DNA of 61,368 nucleotides, counting the filler, from Sphacelaria rigidula (Eukaryota), in NCBI GenBank assembly GCA_964200075.2. It is 10 parts of 10 records of this genome, joined end to end, with 100 filler letters (N's around TTAATTAATTAA, not from the genome) between each part and the next. Parts side by side here need not be neighbours in the genome. Positions count along the whole stretch, not along the records: positions 36,884 to 42,930 come from CAXNAA020022594.1; positions 43,031 to 49,076 come from CAXNAA020022595.1; positions 49,177 to 55,222 come from CAXNAA020022596.1; 7 more parts are not named here. The stretch is one strand, 5' to 3'. Shown in pieces: positions 39,368 through 50,913 of this stretch; the stretch's first letter is position 1, and each line of letters opens with the position of its first letter. The notes under the pieces are model-generated. The model was not told the origin of the DNA, made no database searches, and was given only the letters and a program-made list of their open reading frames with translations. The translations under genes were made by a program, and so were the position numbers.

Positions 39368-39649
39368 CCCCCCCCCCCCTCCTCGGAATGAGTCCGTGGT
39401 CTCGAGGGATCAACCCTCCTCTCCCCCGGTACGCGCCTTCCGTTTCGCTCTCGCGGACTGGGCCAGCACTTCCGCACCGTGTCAACCCACGTCACACGAA
39501 CCCAGTCGACTAATATTGTTTACCCACATTCTCACGTTTTCCACGGTGGAAATCGTACATAACGAAGAAGGAACCCAACCAATCGGGGATCGAACCTCCG
39601 TTCTCTTCGCCCCAATGGCAACAGTCGGATCAATACACCACCCGGGCGC
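39368..39649 (-). mobile_element. tRNA-headed SINE, family 1
   Basis: Reverse complement starts gcgcccgggtggtgtattgatccgactg..ggttcgatcccc, aligns with 32226-32510 and ends in a G-run. Confidence 0.8.
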
Positions 39650-40363
39650 TAGAAGTAGATACTTCCGTGATGTGTCAGGAGCAGTTTAGAACGAAGGCAA
39701 TATAAAACTGAGGACACAACCAATGCCCCCTAATCCTGGCCCCCGAAAAGTACTGGGAAAAAGAAGTTGGTTTGACGACGTTACTGTACAGAAGACTACA
39801 CGACACCGAAAGAACCGGAGCCCAAAACGAGAAGAAACGACGCCGCTAAAACGTCACAGAGGCTGACGGAAGCTGACGTGGATGATGTCGGATCTGACGA
39901 ACTTCGTCACGTCCCGAGTATAGACATCTGGTTTTGGAACGCAGCACGGCATCAAGAAGGTAGACAAGGGGGAGGTGAAGGAACGAGGAGACGTGAACAA
40001 GCGTGCAGGCTGAAGGTTGCACTGAGGCATGTCGGAAGAAATGAAGAAAGAAAAGTCTGGTACCAACGAGAGCAATCATTGAAGGTGTGAGAGGGCAGAA
40101 TGGGAATAAGACTACACATAGTTGAGAGGAAGTTGAACAGGGACAAGGAATGGCCACTTGTGGTACTTACCGTCAGCGGCGGTTTAGCTTCCAGCTCCGC
40201 TCCTGGTGGCCGTGGGTCGGCTACCTTGTCGGGTCGTACTCGTTTTCTTTTTCTCGAGGAGAGGGGAGATCTTAGTTGGTGGCGTGACGGGTTGATTTGC
40301 GGGAGGGGACAGGGACTTATCACTGACCCGCGGTACTTTACGCGGTGTCGAATCGTCGTTTCT

Positions 40364-40729
40364 TCACGCATATGACGCTTTCTCCTTCACCAAGTGCCGT
40401 TGGAAATCAGACAGGAGCGTGGCACGCGTCTCGTAGAAACAGAGGTCGCACCTTCTGAAAGCCGGTTCGCCATCCCCCGTCGAGAGATCATAGAGTGCTT
40501 TTTGGGACAGGGTTGCTGTACACTCGTAGCACGGATGAGTGCACTCCTCGGCCGCTTCCACGAGGGTTTTTACGCACGCGCGGCCGTCCGCGTGGGCGTA
40601 TACCCTGTCCTTACCGCCGGTAGGATCGGACATGCGGTGATACGGAGTGTTGACCCCGATCTCGCCGCCACACGCTAAGCAGAGGAAGGGCAGTTGTTTT
40701 CTGAAGCCCTTCGGGACTGGTTTTGTATC
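40364..40729 (-). CDS. Possible exon encoding a Cys/His zinc-binding domain (host gene or TE relic)
   Basis: After a ctcgcag acceptor: DTKPVPKGFRKQLPFLCLACGGEIGVNTPYHRM..YAHADGRAC..CYEC..CDLC..SYA*, which contains three CxxC pairs. Confidence 0.4.
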   Translation of the reverse strand, partial: DTKPVPKGFRKQLPFLCLACGGEIGVNTPYHRMSDPTGGKDRVYAHADGRACVKTLVEAAEECTHPCYECTATLSQKALYDLSTGDGEPAFRRCDLCFYETRATLLSDFQRHLVKEKASYA

Positions 40730-42930
40730 CTGCGAGACAGAGATGTGGGTGTTGCAGGTGGAGGACCTGTCAAGGCCGAACGAGTTGGGAGGAGGATGAA
40801 GCGACGGTTGCGGAAAGTTCAGCGAGAAACTAGTACGGAAGGAAAGATAGTTGTACTGTGAGCAAATGCGCGACGAACGGGTGTTGAAAGCAATGATGTC
40901 AAGTAGGTTGAAACGGGAGGAAGTGGGATGAGATGTTGCCTTCGGTTATCAGGATACTTCTCAATGAACCTGCACTGAGGAAACCACGGCCTCCACGTAA
41001 GTGTGGCATTCTGTACAACAAGCAAGTCTAGCATGTAAGAGTGTATTGTCACAAAGAGGGTGGGAGGCCCCCTCCTAGCGTCCCGTTCCTACTATGTGTC
41101 GAATCGTGGGCTTGCAATGGTTGGCGCCAACTCAGGTGGGAAAGTACACCGACAGCATCGAAGAAATGGCCTGGGAGTGAGCCAGTTGAAATCCTATATC
41201 TTCATTGCTATTACTGGAATTCAACTGGAAATGGGTGCGAGAGCGCCAGTTGTCCAGTTCATGTGGAGGTGTTCTGCCGCTTGTCTATACCGAGTAATTT
41301 TTTGTAGTAGTTCAATGACGGGGAGTTTATAAGAAAGAAACACTGTGTACGATTAGACTGTAAGGTTGAAGTCAGCAGTCTACAGCAGTTCAGATCCCAC
41401 AAACGTCGGTGGTACTCGGTTGTTCTGCAGCTTTTTTTATCGTCGACATCGGATCTGTCGAAGGCTGGTCAGTCGAATGAGATAAACGAAGAAATGAAGA
41501 GGTGGGTCTCAGTTATGGTGGGACGCTTGGTGATGAAGTGCGAATTCCATACCCCAATTCACAATTGCATGAAGATCGATGTGAACATGAAGCAGGAGAT
41601 ACTCACAATAATACGTCGAAGTGATGTAGCAGGTATGTACCTTATCCGAAGAAAAACAAATCCGGTCACGGGCGATCACAAGACACACAAGCATTCTATC
41701 GTATAATCTGCGGTGAGAACCTGTTTACTTCAACTGCCCAAGGTACTGCCAGAGTGTGGCATGTTTGTTCCGATCCCCAGGTGCCCAAGAAGAGGGTCTG
41801 CTACTGGATGGTGTAGAGAAATGATGTTCGAATCGCTACTACATACCGAAGACATATTAGAGCAGTACGAGGCTCGTATCAGCTCGCAGTGAGTGGTTAC
41901 TTTATTCACAACCAATTACGGTTACCGCAGAAAAAAAGGTCAAACACGGGAAACGTTTCTGACTTGGGCGATGCTCCTGAGCGGGACCCCCTACCAGCCG
42001 GGAGGGGCGACTAGCTGGAAAAAGTGGATGGAGTGGCAACTGGCGCGGCAAGTGTCGACGGAACTGAACGGAGCTGATTGTTCACAGCCCCAAGAATACG
42101 TTTGAGTTTTGGTAGCGTTAAGGTGGATTGGGTAGGGTACGAGAGTTTTTTGGGGTCATACACATATGAGGTTATCAAAAGAACTAAAAATAAAAAACTC
42201 CTGTGTTAGCCTTCCACTGTGCGAAAAAAGTATTTTCAGGGCCTGTCTCAGCACTTTTCTTCTCGATCGAAAAAATGAGGCGGTGGAATTGATTCGAGCA
42301 ACAAGTTCTCGTTATGATGCAGTTGGACCCGGATGGATTTGAAGCTTTCGATCGAAGAAAGACAGTGAAAATAGAAAAACGGTACATGGTCACTCGTGTA
42401 CAGTACAGACAGTCTGTACTGTCTGCACTGCTTGCAAGCAGGGTGTCTTAAGTAAGTGTGTGCGTGTTTTGTGCAGGAGGATATAAAGGAGAAGCGGGCA
42501 ACGTGCAGTGCAGACTGCCCAGGACTAATAATTTTCTCTGCTTACAATGCGACGTGAAAAGGACTTCATTCAGCAACGTGCAGCTTTGTACTGCCTGCTG
42601 CACTGTCCATGAGCGTACATGTTACAGATTTACTGGTCATGTTCCAGTCGAGTGGGTTCCATTTGTCATACTTTGTCATGCTTGGTACCTGATGGGTCAT
42701 ACTATATTGTTTGATTGAATTGACTTGACTTGGCGGCCCCTTTGGGCCACAGCGTTTTTGGACTATGCATCTCAACTAGCAAAACACAAGTTAGCCTGTA
42801 CGCCAATAATACAAGAGCATCTACGAGCTGGGCCAGCCTAAAAATGGATCCAAGCTCTAAAAGCAATATCTCATCGACACAAACGAGTTGGGCCGTGATC
42901 CGCATATCGTACTAATCGTCTAACCAAGGG

Positions 42931-43030
42931 NNNNNNNNNNNNNNNNNNNNNNNNNNNNNNNNNNNNNNNNNNNNTTAATTAATTAANNNNNNNNNNNNNN
43001 NNNNNNNNNNNNNNNNNNNNNNNNNNNNNN
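42931..43030. other. Artificial contig spacer
   Basis: N44-TTAATTAATTAA-N44. Confidence 0.98.
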
Positions 43031-43741
43031 CATTCACTGATTGACCGCTTTTCACTCTCAATCGTATCATCTACGCTCAATCTCACGAAAACACTGTTAG
43101 GGGTGGTTCACAGGAGCCCCGAAATTCCCGTATTTGTACAGCCGGATCTGGGACCCCAAGGAAACAGGTATCTTCCCAGCTAACTGCTGGCTACCCCTAG
43201 GCATCACTTTTCGGCTTCGTCTCCGGGCCAACTCGCTCGCGCTCGTCGAGCTTTCCCGAGTGATCTACTTGCCTCAACCCCCCGACTAACGGTCAATCCT
43301 TGACTGCATAACACGAGGAAAATCATCGGCCACCTTCGACGAATCCTACCGTCGACGGGAGTCTCACGACCTGCACAAGTATGCTTCGACGGGTCAACAA
43401 CGTGTGTATCCACGGCCCGATGATCGAGATGGCATGTTCTTCAATTGAAAAGAAATCGACCGACCACGACACCCTAACCCCTCTACCAAAACTCGCAACC
43501 GCCGCTAACTCCATACACCAACAAACTAAATATAATCAGATTTGAGCTCGCACAGGGCACGTAGCACAAAATATTTTGTCTACCGAAAAAATCGTGGCCC
43601 CTCGGAAGCAGTCAAGCCTGTCTTCACGTATACCGTAAAAATAAGAAATAGGAAGGGACGCTAGTACTCCCAGCCACATCAAATCAAGAACAAAACGCCC
43701 CCTCCATTCCCCTCTCCGGAAAACACAGAACCAGTGCCGTC

Positions 43742-44536
43742 TCAGCTGTTTGACAGCGCATATTCGTCCAATTCTACGTCCAACAATCCGCTTGACTTCT
43801 CCTGATTTCGTCGATCGTCTGGTCCACCATCCTCCTCTTCCACTGATCGAGGCTGGCGCTGTACAGTCTTGGATTTCATCTTCGTTCGCCCTGGTATGAA
43901 GTCCAAGTCGTGTGGAAACGGTAGCTCTTCTCCAGGCGGCGCAGGCATTTTTGTCGAGTACCTGGCTTGGTGGTGAAGGAGCAGTGGAGGAGGGGGGCGG
44001 GATAGAGGTTTGAGCCAAACAGATTGACGTCAGTCGGCCGCTCTTATTTGTTAGATTTTTTATACAAAAAAAAACTTGGTGAGAACTCGGACTCGAAGTT
44101 CGCCTACAGATCACGTTCGTATACGGATCACATCTCTTCAGGAACAATACAACACACTGATTTATATTTGCAAGGGTCCACGGTCAGTCGGTCGCTCCGG
44201 TGGCTCAGTTGGTAACCTCGGAACCTTCTAACGGGTGGGTCGTGGGTTCAAATCTCGGAGCGATCTGGGATTCTTTCTCACACCATGCTCAACAGTGGAG
44301 AGCGACTATGTCGTGGGTACACATCATGCGACTTAACGGTCGACGAGGGAAGGGGACTGCCGAACCCCTCTCGCGATAAAAAGAAAGGCAAGCACCGCAG
44401 AAGGAAGGCGGGGTATAAGAAACAAACAAAAAAGAAAAAACTCCTATGTTGACCTTCCTTCTGTGTGACCCAGGTTGGTGCGCCCGTACAAACGAAAAAT
44501 GTAGACCGACGTCCAGAATAGATGAGACAACAACAA

Positions 44537-44582
<46 letters not shown>

Positions 44583-46867
44583 CGACGACGTATGTTTTTT
44601 GCTCTCAGGTCTTGATATCCTCATCACTTGTACATACACATACGTACATTATTTTTGTAAACGGAATGCATCGACGAGCACAGGCGAAAAAAGCGGTACG
44701 CTAGCGCTTACAATTCCATCAAATCGTCGCCGAAGAGTAGCTCGTCCATAGGGTCGATAGTTGTGGCCAGAATGTCTCCAAGCACCAGACGCGCGAGTCC
44801 GATGAGGGCCAACGCAACCGCCATGGCCTTCAGGAGCGGCTTCGACGCTCGCTTAGATTTTGCAAGGGTAGCTCTCTGATGCAAGAGAGGAGGGGAAAGA
44901 GAGATAGAGAGAGCGAGTATACGGGGAACGGAAACAACGCGAGAATATCGACGAGACAGCGTTGTTTAATAAGGCGCTCTTATTTCTTCGGTGCGCAGAA
45001 TTGTTTAATAAAGCAAAAGAACGGTGCGCAGAGCAACTAGCCTGTTCACTTCGAACCCGTGCTTGCTTCAGGGCGTAAAACATGCTGCCAATAATGAATC
45101 AGGGTGAGAACCAGCAAACGCTCGGTAGGGCGGCAACCGGGGGGATGGGCTGACGTAGACGCGTCGTTCGAATAGCTATGCAGCCGGATAAGGAAAAATT
45201 GGGGGTATCTTTTATGGATGATGACCACATTTGTCGACTTTTTTTCTCCAATGCTGCACCAAAAAAAATGGAACATGGGGGATTTAAAGTGAACGCTTCA
45301 ACAACTCTCGATGTACACACCAAGCATGCACATTTCATACTCAGCAAGAACCCGGTATGCGTGGTGGTGAGACTCGGTCCCTGACCGATTGCGTCGCAGA
45401 TCATGCTGCGATACGCCAATCGCTCTACAACTGTACTGTGAAATTAACGAGGCATGGTGATCGCCCTCCTTGCTCTAGACATACATCACCTGGAAACAGC
45501 ACCCACGATACCTGCGCCAAAAACCAAACTCAAGAGGAGGAGACAGTCCACCCCAAAACCCATTGAACGAACGCCCCTACTCCATCTCCTGGCAATCAAA
45601 TGGAGCAACTTGAGTGCGATACCATCTACCCAGGCCATACTTCCAACCAAGTACGCCTGACCCAAAAAAACAACAGAGAAGTGAAATAAGATGTCGCTCA
45701 CCCATTCGGGAAAGCCAACAACCTTGCCAGCCATCACTTCGTCCACCTCAATCAACGCTCTGTTCTCGTTACCAAGACTACGTAATGCCCCCGAGCCACC
45801 CTCCAAGCCCTCTCTGTCCTCGTCCCCCTCGTCGGTCGCCCGCTGGTCTCCTTCGACATCCTCGCCTGCCTCGGTGAGGAGTCCTTGTCTCTCCGCGGCT
45901 AGCAACGCTCGTGAGCGCTCGGTCCCCGCGTCGACGAGAAGGGGTGCGTCTCCCTCATGTTCCTCATAATCTGGATCATGACCCAACCAAATCGGTATTA
46001 ACCTGATCACGCGGGAGCGTGTAAACGTATCAAAAAGGGGAGACGCATCTCACAGCAGGAAGCACGGCGAAAGGGGAGGAGGCAGGGAGGGACGTTTATG
46101 TTGTACCTACGAGTACCGTAGCGAAAATGATAAATGAAAGGTTTTCTCTCATGCGCAGCAGCCGCAGATCAAGCGAATCGGAATCGAACACGTACTTTTT
46201 TCGTTCAGCGAGGGCGTGAAAGTGAAACATTCCGAGAACCGACCCCCGTACGGATTCCGAACTCGATACACGTACGATGTCGCTTGGACGTGATACGAGG
46301 CCAAGTAACGACGCCGGACACGTTCGTGCGTAACCGGCCGAGAATACAGCCTGCAGGTTATGTCATCTTTAGATTGTTTGCTTGGTTGTTTGTTTGTATG
46401 TTTGTTTGTTTCAGTCTACTCTGTTTTTGTCTATCCCATATCTCAGTTTTCTTTACCGCGAGTGTGACCACGGGCTGGATCGCCAGGGAATCAGTTGTAT
46501 GATCGTCAATCCAACAGTTAGTCAATCAGAGAAAATCGTTGAACGAGCCGGCATGCCAGGGGTCCGCACTGATCAAACCTGACAGAGGCAGAGCAGATGC
46601 AAACAAACTGACCAAAAGAAGGCATACATCTTCGGAATTATGTGGATACATTGCACAGATGCAGCTCATCACCCCCAACAACAACAACAAAGAAGAACGT
46701 TCGTGACACTGGAGCAGGCAAAAATACCTGAAAAGGAGGGCTGCTCCACCCATGATCAAGGTTATCTGGGACCCTATCGCGCAGCCGCGCGCGACCCTCT
46801 GTACGATTTCGAAGCGCTTCTTGTCCTTCACCTCGTCAGCCAGCACGTCCATTCCCAAGTCCTCCAC
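43742..46867 (-). CDS. Unknown multi-pass membrane protein, 3' part: exons 46867-46728, 46002-45702, 45656-45490, 45084-~45050, 44875-44712, 43961-43742
   Basis: Six exons join with consistent phases and canonical acceptors. Hydrophobic segments (GSQITLIMGGAALLF; LLLLSLVFGAGIVGAV; AMAVALALIGLARLVL) alternate with acidic loops; stop at 43742. The exon-4 donor is ambiguous and the 5' exons are not resolved. Confidence 0.7.
44190..44440 (+). mobile_element. tRNA-headed SINE, family 2 (full length, intronic antisense)
   Basis: A-box tggctcagttgg, B-box ggttcaaatct, ~150-nt body and A-rich tail aagaaacaaacaaaaaagaaaaaa. Confidence 0.8.
44538..44580. repeat. (AC)n microsatellite
   Basis: About 21 AC units, read directly. 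Confidence 0.95.
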
Positions 46868-48308
46868 CTGGCCTTGAAGCTTGAGATCACCAGCAATAGG
46901 ATACACATAGTCAAGGGTCGAACGAACAGTGATTCGTCTGGAAGTTTCTTGCTTTTAGACGTACGAACTAATCCTTAGATCTACTTCCAGCCTTGCATCC
47001 CAGGCATGCCCACTCCAGGCACGTGGAGTAGCGCAAAATTCGCGTAGAGACTTCGTTCACCTGGCTTCAACTTTTCTCACTTTCGAACGATGAGGCCTCA
47101 AAAATCGTAGATTTGGTGATTCGAACCAGCGATGATATGATTCGTCCGACCCTTGCGCACAACAGTCGAAATCGATGAGGTACACCATGTTTTACTGTAG
47201 GATAAAAGAAAGGTACATAGAGTACAACATACCGGCTAGACTGCAGACGATGAGGCTGTCAATCAGTGTGCGCGGGTAGTAGATGGAAAGAACGGGCGTG
47301 GGATGGTGGTGAGTTCGCGTGGCAAGAGGAGATGAACGTACGCAGTGATTATCGTACAGCACCCGCACCAAGGAAAACACTAACATACACACACACATCG
47401 AGAGGCTGTGCAAAGTCACCTGCGTCTCGGGTGGATTCGATTCGATGCCGCATTATGATGTCGCTTTTAGCTGGACGACCGGTTTTCGAAACACAAATAC
47501 TGTATACACAACACTATACATAGAGTGCAGTGCAGTGACTTTCGCTTTGCATTAAGGTCTCAAGAACTACACATATATCTGCAATAATTGGTGTGTGCTG
47601 AAAATTCCAGTTACAATACGTACTTTGACCAGATATTCAAAGTTTTACCCTTTTTAGTCCGTTGATCGATCAAAAGTTAAACTAACGTATCATGATTGAA
47701 GTCGAGGCTGCATGTATCTTCTTCTGAGAGATTTTGCTTCCTGCAGCTCTTGGAGGCACAAGGCGTCTGCACGAATTTTCTTTTCAGCACACATGGATAG
47801 ATGGAATATCAGTGCGGTCTCTAGTGTCGGTCTGATCAGATATCACCTCGGACTTTGTTTGCGCGGCACCGTCAAGGTTTCATAGACTCTTTCAGCACCT
47901 TGAAGACGGAAGCCACCATGGTGAAGCGGCCAAAACGTACACGAAGGGTATACGATGCTATGAATCAAAATCACTATTATACCCCACCTGTCAATTTTTG
48001 AAACACGTCTCGGCCTACGCGGGACCACAGACGCAACCACAGGGAACAAAGTTCGTGCGTCGACGCTGGCGGTTGATGTCCAAGAGAGCTCACTGAGCTG
48101 CGCGCTGGCGTTCAACAACATAGGTGATACATTTCATGATCAAGACTAAGCTGCAGGTAGTGTCTAGAGATCAAGGCCAGGAGTTCACTGAGGCCGCTTC
48201 TTATGGCAAACAAAGTAAAAATCTGGAAAATCATTTTTTTGGTGCTTCTGCGTCGTTTTACGCCCTAAAAGATAGCTAGGCATATGTTGATATCCTGGAA
48301 TGCCTCGC

Positions 48309-48364
48309 TGTACTCGTTGAGATGTACTCGTCGAGATGTACTCGTTGAGATGTACTCGTTGAAA
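48309..48364. repeat. 14-bp minisatellite x4
   Basis: tgtactcgttgaga repeated four times. Confidence 0.9.
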
Positions 48365-49076
48365 CGGTTCCAGCACAACTGTGCGTGTCCCCGTTGGCCA
48401 CAGTTTCGTACTTGGCCAGACTTACATTTTTCTCGGAGAGAGGTCAGGTCCAGGAAAATTCCGATCTCTTGACCAGATTTGTATTATCGATTTTTCTTGG
48501 AATTTACCGGTCTCCCAGAAAATTGAGCGATCTCAGAGAAATATGCCAGTTTGGACAAGAAAAAAACTGCGGCCACCGGAAAAACGCCAAGGTGTGTGCT
48601 TGCACCGCCTCAACGAGTACAGCAAGGCATTCCAAGGTGCCAAACACCCGTCTCACTTTCTTGAGGGCACGAAATGACGGAGAGGGACCAAAGGGCTAGT
48701 TTTCCAGATTTGTCTTTTGGTTCGCCACAAAAAGCTACCTTAAAATGGCCATATTCCAATGTTGTACCGATAAACGTCACGTTCCAACGGTACTATGAGG
48801 TCATATGATGCTGATACCTTGCTGATACTGTAATGTTCGTGTAAAGGGGTCTACGCAGTCGCTTCTGAAAATGAAGAATTGGGATCCATGAGCAGCCTCG
48901 AAAAAGCCCGAACCCATCCAAGATCACACTCTTTCGTTTCGAGAATCCGAGAGGGTGTTTTATCCCGTGAGTTACATTACTCGGGGGTTTCTACAGGCTG
49001 GTTCACGCATATCACCCAAAAAACACTCATCGGCAAAACTTCGCGCCGTTTCAAGGAGTTAGACCCTGAAATTTTG

Positions 49077-49176
49077 NNNNNNNNNNNNNNNNNNNNNNNN
49101 NNNNNNNNNNNNNNNNNNNNTTAATTAATTAANNNNNNNNNNNNNNNNNNNNNNNNNNNNNNNNNNNNNNNNNNNN
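49077..49176. other. Artificial contig spacer
   Basis: N44-TTAATTAATTAA-N44. Confidence 0.98.
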
Positions 49177-49210
49177 AATCAAATCGGACACCGTTAAGGG
49201 CTCGTATAAA

Positions 49211-49244
49211 CATAACTGCACAGACTTATGACACAGAGGAAGTA
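49211..49244. mobile_element. Right TIR plus TA of a mariner-type element related to 2526-3561
   Basis: cataactgcacagacttatgacacagaggaag|ta is close to the reverse complement of 2524-2557. Confidence 0.65.
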
Positions 49245-50260
49245 CAGGTAAGCTGAAGCCAAGAATTGTCTTCCATAAAGACTTACCATACCATAGTCAA
49301 GTGGTTGACACTGGCCATACTTGACCCAATTGGCTAGTTGGCCCACACAAAGCGCAAGTAATATTTATGCAGGGACACTGAACCCACGTAATTAGGCCCT
49401 GTAGTCTGCGGTTAAATTTCAAGTAGCTTACGCGGTCGTGTTGGATACACACTCAGACTGAAAACAATGTGTTCAGGAGACGAAACCGGCTATACTGGAT
49501 CCAAAATGTTCATGCACCTGTCCACTCCACCCAAGTAAAATATGGTCGTCTGCGTTTCCTGAGTCACTCATTGGATTTTGGTTGAACCCTCCATACTGTA
49601 GCGTAACCAATGAACTCAGGGGTAGCAGCACGATGTTCGCAGGATTTGACCACCCCCCTCCCCCTCCGAACCGACCAAATATCAATTTTCGGGGCTATGG
49701 TGTCTCGATTCCATCCTACGGGGCTGCCGGGTATACCGAATAACGGACGTTTACGTCAGCAAATATTCATACCTCACAGTAGTGTACAGCATCGCCCCAT
49801 TCGCCATGCAGTACACTGTACTGTTGGCTACCTTCGTCGTGTCCCGGACAACATGAATGTGAATATCACAAGACACACACATATGTGTATATATGCGTAC
49901 ATATCGCGAGCAAGGTCAGCAAACGTACTTCTCGACACGTTTCAAACTCGTCACGATTCGATGACTATGGTAATTGTACTCTACCGTCGAAGCACCTGCC
50001 ATGCCGCGTGTTCTCATTACGTCGTGCGCTCTTTTGCGCGAATTTGAGGTCCATTCGGTCGCTGTTCTCACAAGACCCCTTTCCAGGAAAATTCCACACC
50101 TAACCAGATATCGACGCATGGCTACAAGGACTTCATATGTGTGCATTCAACTTTCAACAAAACGAGTATATGGCATGTATGAGAATAGTCACACAAAAGT
50201 TTCTAGGTACGTCTTGACTGTTCGACACACGCATCTGTGGGCGATGGAGGTGACCTGTGG

Positions 50261-50725
50261 CCACTTCTCATGTGCCCAAAACAATTCCTGTCGAACACTG
50301 CCTTTTTGGCCTTTCTCCATCGCTTTACGCCCGGAAAAAAGGCTAGGCGGGTATTGACATCTTGGAATGGCTTGCCCTACTCGTTGAGACCGTTCCACGG
50401 CAATTTTTCGTTTTCCGCTGTCCGCAGTTTTTTTTTGTCAAAACTTGCTTTTTCAATGACAAACGGTCGAGTTATAAAAAAAACTGGCAGTTTCCCCCCT
50501 GTTCTTTGATAACGTGACCGTTCGTTACTGAAAATGCAAGCTTCGCCATAAATAAAACTTTGGCCAGCGGAAAACGCAAAGCTGCCCTGGAAAGGTCTCA
50601 ACGAGTAGAGCAAGTCAGTCCAAAAGTGTCAACATCCGCCTAGCTCTCTTTTCGGGCGAAAAACGACGGAGAAGGGCCAAAAAGACAGTTTTCAACCGGA
50701 TTCATTTTGTATACCGAAGAAGTGG
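50261..50725. mobile_element. Foldback element / long imperfect palindrome (~230-bp arms)
   Basis: Paired blocks: ctactcgttgagacc / ggtctcaacgagtag, ctaggcgg / ccgcctag, ctttttggcc / ggccaaaaag, ccacttct / agaagtgg. Centre near 50490. Confidence 0.75.
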
Positions 50726-50913
50726 GCTAAAAAAGGCATTTTATTGCAACCAAAACAAAATCTGGGAAGCTGCTTATTCACTTATTTGGGCAAAAATATC
50801 CCCCTCACTGTGTGTGACTCGTAACGACTCGTCTTTAAGAAACCTCGCAAACTGACCACCTATAATGAAGCGATCGACTCTCGTTCATATCCGTGACTGC
50901 GAAACTCGCACAG

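Noticed and set aside
44190..44262. tRNA genes here and at 36689, 32226 and 39580-39649
   Set aside because: A and B boxes are present, but there is no proper anticodon arm and each continues into a shared repeat body, so these are SINE heads.
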